From a virus (Duplodnaviria > Caudoviricetes): DNA of 34,713 bases. Location: the IMG/VR virus record IMGVR_UViG_3300017766_000331, positions 1 to 34,713 of that record. One strand, written 5' to 3'. Numbering within the stretch: position 1 is the stretch's first letter; every line of letters begins with the position of its first letter. The notes below the pieces were generated by a model. That model searched no databases. It was not told where the DNA came from and saw only the letters and a program-made list of their open reading frames with translations. Position numbers and translations under genes: made by a program. Positions 16,844 to 25,398 of the stretch are shown here, piece by piece.

Positions 16844-17026
16844 ATGTTAATCATCGAACTGCGACAAGGCATTGGTCTTGACATTGAATTCAACCAAGAC
16901 ATCTGTCACATCGCTGACACTGATGAAATTGAGAACGGTTTGTTTGCCTTTGTCGGCATCATCATCCTGTTGCCATTCATCAAGATATATATTGGTGATA
17001 TGAATTTGATCGGTGGTAAGAAGTGA
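16844..17026 (+). CDS. Hypothetical protein
   Basis: AAAGGA RBS; GTGA overlap with the next gene. Confidence 0.65.
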   Translation: MLIIELRQGIGLDIEFNQDICHIADTDEIENGLFAFVGIIILLPFIKIYIGDMNLIGGKK

Positions 17027-17511
17027 TTGAGGTTGTTGTTACAGGCGACATGCTCGTCACTGCCAGAGACAAAGCGGCAGAGATGGGTAAGCTGCGCAAT
17101 AGCATTACCAACGGGGCTGGCAATATTGCTGGTTTTATAGGTGAGGCCATCGCTAAAGAAGTCATGGGTGGTGTGCTTGTCAACACCTATGACTATGACC
17201 TCATTCTGTGCAACGGTAAGACAGTGGATGTGAAGACTAAGCAGACCTCTGTCAAACCATTAGACACCTATGAGTGCTCTATTGCTGGACTGAACACAAC
17301 CCAAGAGTGTGACTACTATGCTTTCGTGCGAGTCAAGAACGACTTCTCTGTAGGCTGGTTCTTGGGTGTGTACAAAAAACAACAGTATATGATTGACAGT
17401 GTATTCATGAAGAAGGGTACAATAGATACCAGCAACGGCTACACTGTGAAGTCAGATTGCTACAACCTCAAAATCAACCAACTGAAAGGACATACATATG
17501 TCAACGAATAA
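17023..17511 (+). CDS. Hypothetical protein, possible PD-(D/E)XK nuclease fold
   Basis: GFIGE...YDYD...VDVKTK pattern resembles the E..D..(D/E)xK core. Confidence 0.6.
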   Translation: MIEVVVTGDMLVTARDKAAEMGKLRNSITNGAGNIAGFIGEAIAKEVMGGVLVNTYDYDLILCNGKTVDVKTKQTSVKPLDTYECSIAGLNTTQECDYYAFVRVKNDFSVGWFLGVYKKQQYMIDSVFMKKGTIDTSNGYTVKSDCYNLKINQLKGHTYVNE

Positions 17512-17671
17512 AGCCACCATCATCTTCACCGACGACAACGATGGTAGTTTGTCTGTTCAAATTTTGTTTGAACCTGAACAACCGAGCAAAGAAAGCAACG
17601 CCCATGTAGCAGCCATCCTTGCTCACCAGTACATTGTCAAAAAAGTTGATGAGGCTTATGGAGATGAATAA
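17498..17671 (+). CDS. Small hypothetical protein, 57 aa
   Basis: Not in the ORF track. AAAGGA RBS; MSTNKATIIFTDDNDGSLSV... Confidence 0.65.
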   Translation: MSTNKATIIFTDDNDGSLSVQILFEPEQPSKESNAHVAAILAHQYIVKKVDEAYGDE

Positions 17672-17837
17672 ACGTCCTCAACATTTACTCGGCATCCAGT
17701 TCAATAAAGGCTACTACGCCTTTAGTCGTGGATGGTTGAATAATAGTTACGATCCCACCAGCTTGGCAGGTAAAGAATGGCAACGTGGATTTGACGCTGC
17801 CTACTTCGACAACCTGTCGCGTATTACGAAATCGTGA
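17664..17837 (+). CDS. Ribosome modulation factor (Rmf)-like small protein
   Basis: GYxAxxxG...(N)SY...EWxxGF mirrors the Rmf pattern GYxAGxxG..CPY..WLxGW. Confidence 0.55.
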   Translation: MNKRPQHLLGIQFNKGYYAFSRGWLNNSYDPTSLAGKEWQRGFDAAYFDNLSRITKS

Positions 17838-17851
17838 TATACCATTTCCAC

Positions 17852-17927
17852 GTTCCGGTAGCTCAACTGGCAGAGCAACGGATTCCAAATCCGTAGGTTG
17901 TAGGTTCGACTCCTACTCGGTTCGCCA
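17852..17927 (+). tRNA. tRNA-Trp (CCA), 76 nt, encoded CCA end
   Basis: D arm GCTC/GAGC; anticodon arm ACGGA-TTCCAAA-TCCGT; T arm GTAGG-TTCGACT-CCTAC; G73 then CCA. The acceptor stem has two U-U mismatches. Confidence 0.9.
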
Positions 17928-17928
17928 T

Positions 17929-17968
17929 AACAAAAGGGGTAGCTATAACGGCTACCCCTTTCATTTTG
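17929..17968. terminator. Bidirectional intrinsic terminator between the convergent gene blocks
   Basis: 11-bp stem AAAGGGGTAGC (17933-43)/GCTACCCCTTT (17951-61) with A-rich and T-rich flanks. Confidence 0.85.
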
Positions 17969-17985
17969 TCGGTACTTACAAACAA

Positions 17986-20900
17986 CTACCGACGAATTGC
18001 AAGCCCACCCTTTGCAAACTTGTCTGTCAGTTTCATGACCTGATCTTTTAATGATCGTTCACTTTGCAATGGACCAATGGCTTCTTTCTTAGCTGCGATG
18101 TCAGCATCAATGTTTTCGATTTGATCTCTGAGACTGTCAATCACATCCTCTTCCCATTCTCTTGACACCTTCTCTACCAGCTTTTTCTTTTTCTCTTGTA
18201 AGTCCTTGACAGATGTTGCAAGCCCCATCTTGCTTTCAGGAATCTTTCCTTTGCTGTATCCCGCAGCTTTCACACTAGAGGGTGTAACACTACCAAGCTT
18301 GTTGACGGTTTGCTCACGAATACCTGACAACAAGTCTTTCATTTCAGCAATGTTTGCAGCCTTTTCTGTAAGCACAGTGTTGCCTTTTCTCTTTGCCAAC
18401 TTTGACATTTCTTTTTCAAGATCTGTTAGCACGTCAACAATAGACATTCCCCTTGGAAGATCTCTGAAGGGTACAGTTAATTCATCACCTTCAGCCAGTG
18501 TACGAATAGTGTTGACATATCTGGAACCTGCACCACCTGTAACACTTACTGTTCCTGTTGAACGAGAAAGCTCTTGCTTGAACAAGGTGCGTACATCATT
18601 GTACATTTTGTATATGTCTTTTTCAGACACACGCTTACCTTCAACACCTTGCTTGAATGCTTCGTAAGAGTCACCAATTTTAGAAAGGTTTGTAGTGGTC
18701 AAATCCTTTTCTGAAATGGCTTTAGTGATTTGTTCACGAGCACCAACATCTCCTTTTTTAGAAGCAGGTCTTTCAAATCCCATTCTCTTCAACTTATCTG
18801 CTTCAATAAACATGTCTTCGCTTTCAAGGTGATACCCTTTAGGAAGACTAATCGGAACAGCATTATCATCTGCTCCAGTGATTGCTCTGTTATACAACGA
18901 CATTGCTTCAAGCGGGTCGCCTCCCCTGCCTTTGTTAGCCAAGTCATATGTCTTTGCTGGCATATTGACACGGCGATATATGTAATCAGCATAGGGGAAG
19001 TTAACTGCACCATACGCACCAACATCTTCACCACCAAACTTTGGAAGCAATGCATTTAAGTTTGGATCTTTAGTGAATGATGGAGCACCAACAGTCATCT
19101 CAGAATGTTTACGTGGATCAATTTGTGGTGAGGCAAAACCTTTCTTCACAAGATTCTGCAATACCTTTGTTCCTTCTTCTTGACCGTGAAATAGCTGGAC
19201 AGGTGGTCGCCCTTTATAGCGAGTTCTTAAATCATCAAGTCGTTTCTGTTCAGCGTTTGCAATCTTAAAGAACACATTGAACTGATCGTTGTTTGCTTTT
19301 TCAATGTCAAACTCTGGAGCATAGAAAGGACTCACCCTTTCTTTTGGTAGATTCATCAACTCACTCATCCGAGTTGAATCTTTCTCACGATACTTTGCCA
19401 GCGCTGTAGACAACACACTGTCATCAAAGTCAAGAAAGTCTGGATCACCCCGCAGTTTATCAAAGGCTTCAGTGCGTTCTTTACGAACAATATTAATTGC
19501 ACCGTCAGGTCCACCAATACTGGTGAACTTGTCAATTGGTACACCGACAACACCTTTACCTACAATAGTAGGATCGGCATCAGGCAGATCATCAAAAGAA
19601 TAAGACATGTTCAACGTAGGATCTTCGTTGTACATTTGATTTTCGTAATCAATGTCATCAAACTCATCAGCTTGTTTAGAAGGCGTAGGAGCCTCTATAT
19701 CTTTTACTGGTGTGGTAGGCAGCACTTCTTCTTTTGGTGCTGCTGTAGGGGCTTGCAGAGGCTTTGTTGCAGGCTTAGTCAACACAGGCTTCTTACCCAT
19801 CAACATGTTTGCTGTCTGGTCAATTGCAGGTGATGTTGTTGGTTCAGACAATCGTTTGCTGATAATGTCATCAATGGCAACATCTTCAACTGGTGCAGCA
19901 GCCTTCAGTTTTTTAGCTGTGTCTAACACAGACTCTGCGGCTTGACCTGCAATCTTCTTACCAATAGCTTTGGCAGCAAAACCACCTGTGGCAAATGCAG
20001 GAACAAGACCACCTGCTGCAAAGGCTAAGTTACCCAACATAGCGTTGTACTTATCAACAGCTTTGTAGTCTTTAGCTTCTTCCAGAGTGACACCGTTGTT
20101 ATCTTTAGCATAACGTTCGTTGATCACCTTGCGTTGATCTTGTGACAGCTTATCAAACTGCATCTTCTTGACACGGACAATATCTTCAGACATGAACTTA
20201 CCGTCTGTCTTGTCACGAGCGATGCCTGTAACGTCACGCACAACGTTTGTCAGTGCAAGCTTCTGTTCTGTGGGTGACAGTGCTTGGTAGCGTTCGTTTG
20301 CTGTGGTGCGTTCAATAGCCTTAATAACCATCGGGTTAGCAAACTCAACAAAGGTACGATCATACTCACGATCACCAGACGATGGACCATACAGTTTGTA
20401 TGGGTCAATACCAAGTCGTGTAATTTCTTGTTCAGCAGGAGTCTTCTTAGGTGTCTCACGTACACCAATCAAGCTGTAGAAGAATTCACCTTCTTTGTAC
20501 ACTGGACCTTCACGCAGACGTGGAACAGCTTCTGGAAGTTGCTCTTTGACAACTGGTAGCTTAGACTGCACACGATTGGTAGCAGCTTCCAAGATGCGAT
20601 CACCTGTGCCTTCAGACTTGATGACATTGGGGTCACGCTGAATAGCACCTTCTTCACGGAACAGATCAAAGAATTCGTATGCACTCTTGAACACAAACGG
20701 TTGTGAGAAACGAGCAGTGAAATCACCAATGGCTTTACCAACAGCAACTTCAATTTTGTCTGCTTCTTTTTCAGAAGAGAATGCAGCAAACACTTGATCA
20801 AGGAATTGGTTCTGTGTACCAGCAGGCATCTTCATACCGATGATTGCTTCAGCAGCTTCGGCGGTCTTTGGCTCCAGTCCCATCTTACGCTTAGCCATAA

Positions 20901-23316
20901 AGTCAGCAACAGCCAGTGTTGGACCCAATGGGAAGATGGCACGTGTGTCAACAGTAGAACCATCATCGTTCTTCATGTTGTACCACTCAGTGTCTTGATT
21001 GTTTAAACGATAGTCATATGCAGCAGCCAATGCAGCAGTACCGACAACACCCTTCGCAATGTTCTCTTGACCTTTACGGATAAGAGCCTCACCACCAGAA
21101 GAGCCAGCAGCTTTCAACAATGCACCCTGTGCCAAATCTTCTGCACCAGACATAGCACCAAAGACGCTGTAGCGATATTGGAAAGCAATGGCGTTAGACA
21201 TGAAGCGTGGGAATGTAGCAATCAAGCTACCACCGGGAAACTCAGCAGCCTTAACGAACAAGTTACCCGCAGCTTCTGCACCAGCTTCAAAGGTTTGAAT
21301 GCCCTTCTTCTGCACCTTTGGAGTGTAGGAGAATGTAGCCTTCAGAGTTTCATCTGTAGCTTGTTGCAAGATTGATGCAGGGATGGTTTTGCCTGCGCCA
21401 ATTGTTTCGTACATGTCCAGACCAGCACGGCGCATGTGCTTCTCAACAGAGGCGTTGAAGATGGCTTTGCGGAAGAAGGCATCCTGTGCAACGTTCAAGC
21501 TGTTGAAGATCTGTGCAGCACGAGAGATCTCATTGGTTGAGCTTTCCTGTGTAGCGCTCAAGATGTTGTTACGCAATGCAGGGTTGTGTTGCAACAAAGT
21601 GTCTGTCACTTCAGTGGACAGTCCACCCTTTGCCATGTAGCCGTACACATTGAATGCATCACTCATTGTGTCACCAAGACTACGCATAGCTGTAGTGAGG
21701 CGTTGACCTTTAGCAGCACCATCCAGTGTGCGACCAACAGTGTACATTGCACCTTCAACAAGCGAGGCAGCAGAATTGTATGTTAGACCAACGCTTGTGC
21801 CGATAATGTTACGAACAGTGGTTCCAATACCAGAGACAACCCAAGCTTTAGATTCACGCTCAAGAGTTTGGACAGCTTGACCAACACGACCAAGTGCTGA
21901 CACTTGACTGTCAGGTTTCTCAAACAAAGCATCAACTTGCTTCTTAAACTCTGGATCAATCTCTGTCATGCGCTTGAGCACTTTAGATGCAGCAGAGTAT
22001 TGCTGCATAACCTGAGCAGCTTCTGACACAGTCATCTTGTTTGCTTTGGCAAAGTCGTCTGGTGTCAATCCTTCTTTACGAATGGCTTGTTCCAGCACAG
22101 CATCATTGACGTTGTCCAAGTTGGAGAACACTTCGTTGATTGCAGAGCTTACTTGTTGATTGGGTTTAAGACGGAATGTAGGGTCTTGATCAATGACGTG
22201 CATTGCTACACGAACAGCACGAGCAGACATATCCTTTTGAATCTTTGCATCAGTCAATGCTGTAGCAGGATTGACTTCGTCTAAGATGCGACGACCTTCA
22301 ATTTTGATGAAGTCTTCGACAACCTTGTCCATGTTCTCGGTGACAGGGTCAACCAATATACGCTCAGTAGATGTGACAGGTGCGTTAGGATCTTTAGGCG
22401 ATGCTTGTTTCTTCTTCAAGATGTCAGTGAGTTGTTCAGCGCCAGTCTTACCGGCGGGTACAGCCATAGCACCTTTAGCTTCAAAGAAGCCACCAACAGA
22501 ACCAATCAAAGCAGCAACACCAATCTGTGTAGCGTCCAAGTCTTCAGGTGTTTCACCTAACGCAGTAGATACAGCTTGCTTTTTCTTTTGCTCAGCAACG
22601 TTTTGACCAGCACCAACAATAGCTTCAGTGCCCATCGTAGCGGCGGTGATGGCAGCAGGTGTAGCTTTCAACAACGAAGCTGTTGCAGCCTTTGTTGCTT
22701 CCTTAGCTGCAACCTTCTTCAGACCAGTGGCAACACCAAAACCGATGTAGTTGGTCAAGTCAGTCAATGCAGACTTTGCAATGTCAATGAATGGTGCAGC
22801 ACCGGGTTGACCACCTTTTTCTGTAGCGTCTTTAACTTGATCAAACAAACGATTGCCCAACGCCAACTTCTCACGATCAGGCATGGGTGAGTTCTTCAGT
22901 TTGTTAAGTGCTGCAATGTTTGAGAAGGTGTTCCATTCTTGACCACGTAAGTTGGACATGAAGCCAGCAACGTATTGTTCCTTGTCTTCACCTTCTTTAT
23001 ACTCTTTACCAGTGGCAACTTTGTTGTAGTCTTGAACAATCTTGAACAAGTCAGGATTGGTGTAGAGTTCTTTGTATTCAAACTTAGGTGCTTCAGGCTT
23101 AGCACGTTCTTCAACAGCAGCAGCTTGAACCTTCTGTAGCTCTGTAGCACGTTGACGTGGAGCAGCAAACGCAGGCTTTGTTAGATCCACTTCAGGCTTT
23201 ACGGGTGTTGGTTTTGATGGTACAAGATCATCAAAAGAACCACCGCTGGATGGAATCAAATCAGCAAAGGCGCTACCTCCACCCGTAGATGGAAGCAAGT
23301 CATCAAACATTCCCAT
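17986..23316 (-). CDS. Large putative internal virion/ejection protein (1776 aa) with a C-terminal ADP-ribosyltransferase-like module
   Basis: Last gene of the late block, Ala/Gly/Lys-rich and helical, with N-terminal FDDL.PS repeats and FAxGG motifs. Function is inferred from size and position. Confidence 0.75.
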   Translation of the reverse strand: MGMFDDLLPSTGGGSAFADLIPSSGGSFDDLVPSKPTPVKPEVDLTKPAFAAPRQRATELQKVQAAAVEERAKPEAPKFEYKELYTNPDLFKIVQDYNKVATGKEYKEGEDKEQYVAGFMSNLRGQEWNTFSNIAALNKLKNSPMPDREKLALGNRLFDQVKDATEKGGQPGAAPFIDIAKSALTDLTNYIGFGVATGLKKVAAKEATKAATASLLKATPAAITAATMGTEAIVGAGQNVAEQKKKQAVSTALGETPEDLDATQIGVAALIGSVGGFFEAKGAMAVPAGKTGAEQLTDILKKKQASPKDPNAPVTSTERILVDPVTENMDKVVEDFIKIEGRRILDEVNPATALTDAKIQKDMSARAVRVAMHVIDQDPTFRLKPNQQVSSAINEVFSNLDNVNDAVLEQAIRKEGLTPDDFAKANKMTVSEAAQVMQQYSAASKVLKRMTEIDPEFKKQVDALFEKPDSQVSALGRVGQAVQTLERESKAWVVSGIGTTVRNIIGTSVGLTYNSAASLVEGAMYTVGRTLDGAAKGQRLTTAMRSLGDTMSDAFNVYGYMAKGGLSTEVTDTLLQHNPALRNNILSATQESSTNEISRAAQIFNSLNVAQDAFFRKAIFNASVEKHMRRAGLDMYETIGAGKTIPASILQQATDETLKATFSYTPKVQKKGIQTFEAGAEAAGNLFVKAAEFPGGSLIATFPRFMSNAIAFQYRYSVFGAMSGAEDLAQGALLKAAGSSGGEALIRKGQENIAKGVVGTAALAAAYDYRLNNQDTEWYNMKNDDGSTVDTRAIFPLGPTLAVADFMAKRKMGLEPKTAEAAEAIIGMKMPAGTQNQFLDQVFAAFSSEKEADKIEVAVGKAIGDFTARFSQPFVFKSAYEFFDLFREEGAIQRDPNVIKSEGTGDRILEAATNRVQSKLPVVKEQLPEAVPRLREGPVYKEGEFFYSLIGVRETPKKTPAEQEITRLGIDPYKLYGPSSGDREYDRTFVEFANPMVIKAIERTTANERYQALSPTEQKLALTNVVRDVTGIARDKTDGKFMSEDIVRVKKMQFDKLSQDQRKVINERYAKDNNGVTLEEAKDYKAVDKYNAMLGNLAFAAGGLVPAFATGGFAAKAIGKKIAGQAAESVLDTAKKLKAAAPVEDVAIDDIISKRLSEPTTSPAIDQTANMLMGKKPVLTKPATKPLQAPTAAPKEEVLPTTPVKDIEAPTPSKQADEFDDIDYENQMYNEDPTLNMSYSFDDLPDADPTIVGKGVVGVPIDKFTSIGGPDGAINIVRKERTEAFDKLRGDPDFLDFDDSVLSTALAKYREKDSTRMSELMNLPKERVSPFYAPEFDIEKANNDQFNVFFKIANAEQKRLDDLRTRYKGRPPVQLFHGQEEGTKVLQNLVKKGFASPQIDPRKHSEMTVGAPSFTKDPNLNALLPKFGGEDVGAYGAVNFPYADYIYRRVNMPAKTYDLANKGRGGDPLEAMSLYNRAITGADDNAVPISLPKGYHLESEDMFIEADKLKRMGFERPASKKGDVGAREQITKAISEKDLTTTNLSKIGDSYEAFKQGVEGKRVSEKDIYKMYNDVRTLFKQELSRSTGTVSVTGGAGSRYVNTIRTLAEGDELTVPFRDLPRGMSIVDVLTDLEKEMSKLAKRKGNTVLTEKAANIAEMKDLLSGIREQTVNKLGSVTPSSVKAAGYSKGKIPESKMGLATSVKDLQEKKKKLVEKVSREWEEDVIDSLRDQIENIDADIAAKKEAIGPLQSERSLKDQVMKLTDKFAKGGLAIRR

Positions 23317-24702
23317 TTAAAACTCCTGACCGGTTTGTTCTTTATAACGTTTAGCAACAGCAGCGCGATCAGCACCCTTAGCAATAGCAGCTTCAGCTTC
23401 TCTACGAAGATTTGCTGTAGGTGTAGGCACTGTAGGTTTCGCAGCAGGTTGTGGTCCAGCAGCAGCAGGTGCGGCACCGTCTTGACGAACAACAGAAGGA
23501 ACAACAGAAGTGTATGAGTTCAACACCGCTGCAACATCGCGGTTGAACGGTTTACCTTGAGCGTCTGTGTAAAGCGACAAAGAGTTCTTAGCTGCGTTAG
23601 CCTGTGTCTCCAAGATTTGACGGCGAAGAGTTTCATTGTCACCAATGTAGTCAATACCAACACTACCGTCTGCCTTCTCAACAATGGCAAGTTGTTTAGA
23701 CTTAACCAAGTCGCCATGCTTAGCAGCAACAGCACGAGCAACGGCAGCAGAAGTAAATGTGTTCAAAGCACCCAACGCAGGAATCTTACCTTCATCACCC
23801 TTGTCAACCTTCTTAGCCATTGCTTCAGCGCGAATGTCTGACATGAGTTTATCGTATTCAGGCTTGGCTGCTTTACGCTCTTCAGGTGTACCAAACATGT
23901 AACGATTCTTAATGTCAGCAACCTTGTTAGCAAACTGCTGTTGGGCAGATGTCAACATTTCTTTAATGCCGCCAATTATCTCAACGTCAGCTTTTGCTAG
24001 ATTGATGGCATCAGTATCACCACTCCTTTGAGCTTTCAACAAACTAAGCTTGGCATCTTTCTCTTGTTCATCCCATCCTTTTTCCTTCTGAAACTTAGCC
24101 ATATCAAAGGTTGCACCAGTATCAAGCTCAGGTCGTCTAGCTCCAGAAGCACCACGAAGCTGCTCAAGAGAAACACCCATAGCCTTTGCTGTCTGCTCTT
24201 CTGCTTTGGAGCCTGCACGTTCAGATACTCGGTTGCGCAACGCACCAATACCAAAAAAACCTTCTGGTTTCTGTGGAGCAACATTACCCTCAGCCTGTCG
24301 AGCAGCCCCAGAAACTTCAGGAATAGTGGTGTATGCCTTCATTGATTCTTCAAAGGATCGGTTAGATGGATTTGCTTCTCTGATTTTTACATAATCACCA
24401 ACTCTAAAACTAGCAGGATTGGCTTGAGCAGCCTTAACTGCCATGTCCATGAAAGCATCATTAGTGGCAGCAGCAAACAATTCAGCGTCTGTGGCTGTGC
24501 TATCAAAGGTCTTTAGTATTTCTTTGTTCTTCAACAACTTATTTTCAAGTTTAAGATTTTCAGCTTGCATCTTGTCATAGTTTTCTTTAAGAGCCTTGAC
24601 ACCAAACACACCAATCTTTACTGCTTCTTCTTCATCTTTTTTGAGAGTGTCTGTAAGGGCTTTAGCAGCACCAGCAGCGAATGAACTAAATTTGAATCCC
24701 AT
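23317..24702 (-). CDS. Putative internal virion protein (461 aa)
   Basis: Ala/Lys-rich helical protein with N-terminal FSSFAAGAA, coupled to both neighbours. Confidence 0.7.
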   Translation of the reverse strand: MGFKFSSFAAGAAKALTDTLKKDEEEAVKIGVFGVKALKENYDKMQAENLKLENKLLKNKEILKTFDSTATDAELFAAATNDAFMDMAVKAAQANPASFRVGDYVKIREANPSNRSFEESMKAYTTIPEVSGAARQAEGNVAPQKPEGFFGIGALRNRVSERAGSKAEEQTAKAMGVSLEQLRGASGARRPELDTGATFDMAKFQKEKGWDEQEKDAKLSLLKAQRSGDTDAINLAKADVEIIGGIKEMLTSAQQQFANKVADIKNRYMFGTPEERKAAKPEYDKLMSDIRAEAMAKKVDKGDEGKIPALGALNTFTSAAVARAVAAKHGDLVKSKQLAIVEKADGSVGIDYIGDNETLRRQILETQANAAKNSLSLYTDAQGKPFNRDVAAVLNSYTSVVPSVVRQDGAAPAAAGPQPAAKPTVPTPTANLRREAEAAIAKGADRAAVAKRYKEQTGQEF

Positions 24703-25196
24703 TACACACCTTCCATCTTCTTAGGTTTACGAGCCATTAAACCTGATAGTTCCACTTCAGGTTCAACAACTTCTTTAGTAGTTTCGGATGAAGCTTTTTT
24801 CATCACCCTCCTCACTATACGATCAGGAATAACGCCAGTATCAGCGTCTTCTTCAAACACTTGATATTTAATACCTTGAAGTTCAGCAGTAGTTTTTAAC
24901 ATTTCAACAATGACAGGGATAACCAAGATGCCTGCATCAATCGTATGAATACCAGAAGCGACACCCGACAACATCATTGCGTTAGCAAGTGCTGCCAAAG
25001 GTATACCGGTTTCAATTGCATCAACGGTAAAATTAATTATATTAGCAGACGATAGTCTAGTTATATACCACTGAGCAACCTCATTAACTTTAACAAGTTT
25101 GGGTGGTCTATTATAAGGTCTTGATCGTGGGCTGTCTGTCCATGAAATACCGGGTGGTACAGGTTTAATAAAATCAACAGGATTAAGCTTAGCCAT
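24702..25196 (-). CDS. Hypothetical protein of the virion gene block
   Basis: 164-aa ORF with GAGG RBS, overlapping both neighbours. Confidence 0.75.
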   Translation of the reverse strand: MAKLNPVDFIKPVPPGISWTDSPRSRPYNRPPKLVKVNEVAQWYITRLSSANIINFTVDAIETGIPLAALANAMMLSGVASGIHTIDAGILVIPVIVEMLKTTAELQGIKYQVFEEDADTGVIPDRIVRRVMKKASSETTKEVVEPEVELSGLMARKPKKMEGV

Positions 25197-25389
25197 TCTT
25201 CATTTCCTCTCGTGACTGTCGAATACTTTGTACAAAACTAGCAATAACATCTAACTCATTTTTTTGAGAAGACTCGGAAGGCTTTGTTGGTGCTAACAAT
25301 CCTTTAGCTTCTTTAGTTTTAGTTGTTCCTTTTTCACGCGAAGAAATTATATCTTCAATTTTACTCATGTAATTTTTAATATGCTGCAT
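25189..25389 (-). CDS. Small hypothetical protein of the virion gene block
   Basis: AAAGGA RBS; 66 aa. Confidence 0.65.
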   Translation of the reverse strand: MQHIKNYMSKIEDIISSREKGTTKTKEAKGLLAPTKPSESSQKNELDVIASFVQSIRQSREEMKNG

Positions 25390-25398
25390 TTTAATCCT

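Noticed and set aside
17852-17927. tRNA as a suppressor or sign of genetic code reassignment
   Set aside because: The anticodon is CCA (standard Trp). TGA, TAG and TAA all terminate genes at sensible positions and conserved genes are uninterrupted.
1-17927. Repeated T7-type phage RNA polymerase promoters
   Set aside because: No recurrent ~20-bp intergenic consensus was noticed, and there is no RNA polymerase gene in this window.
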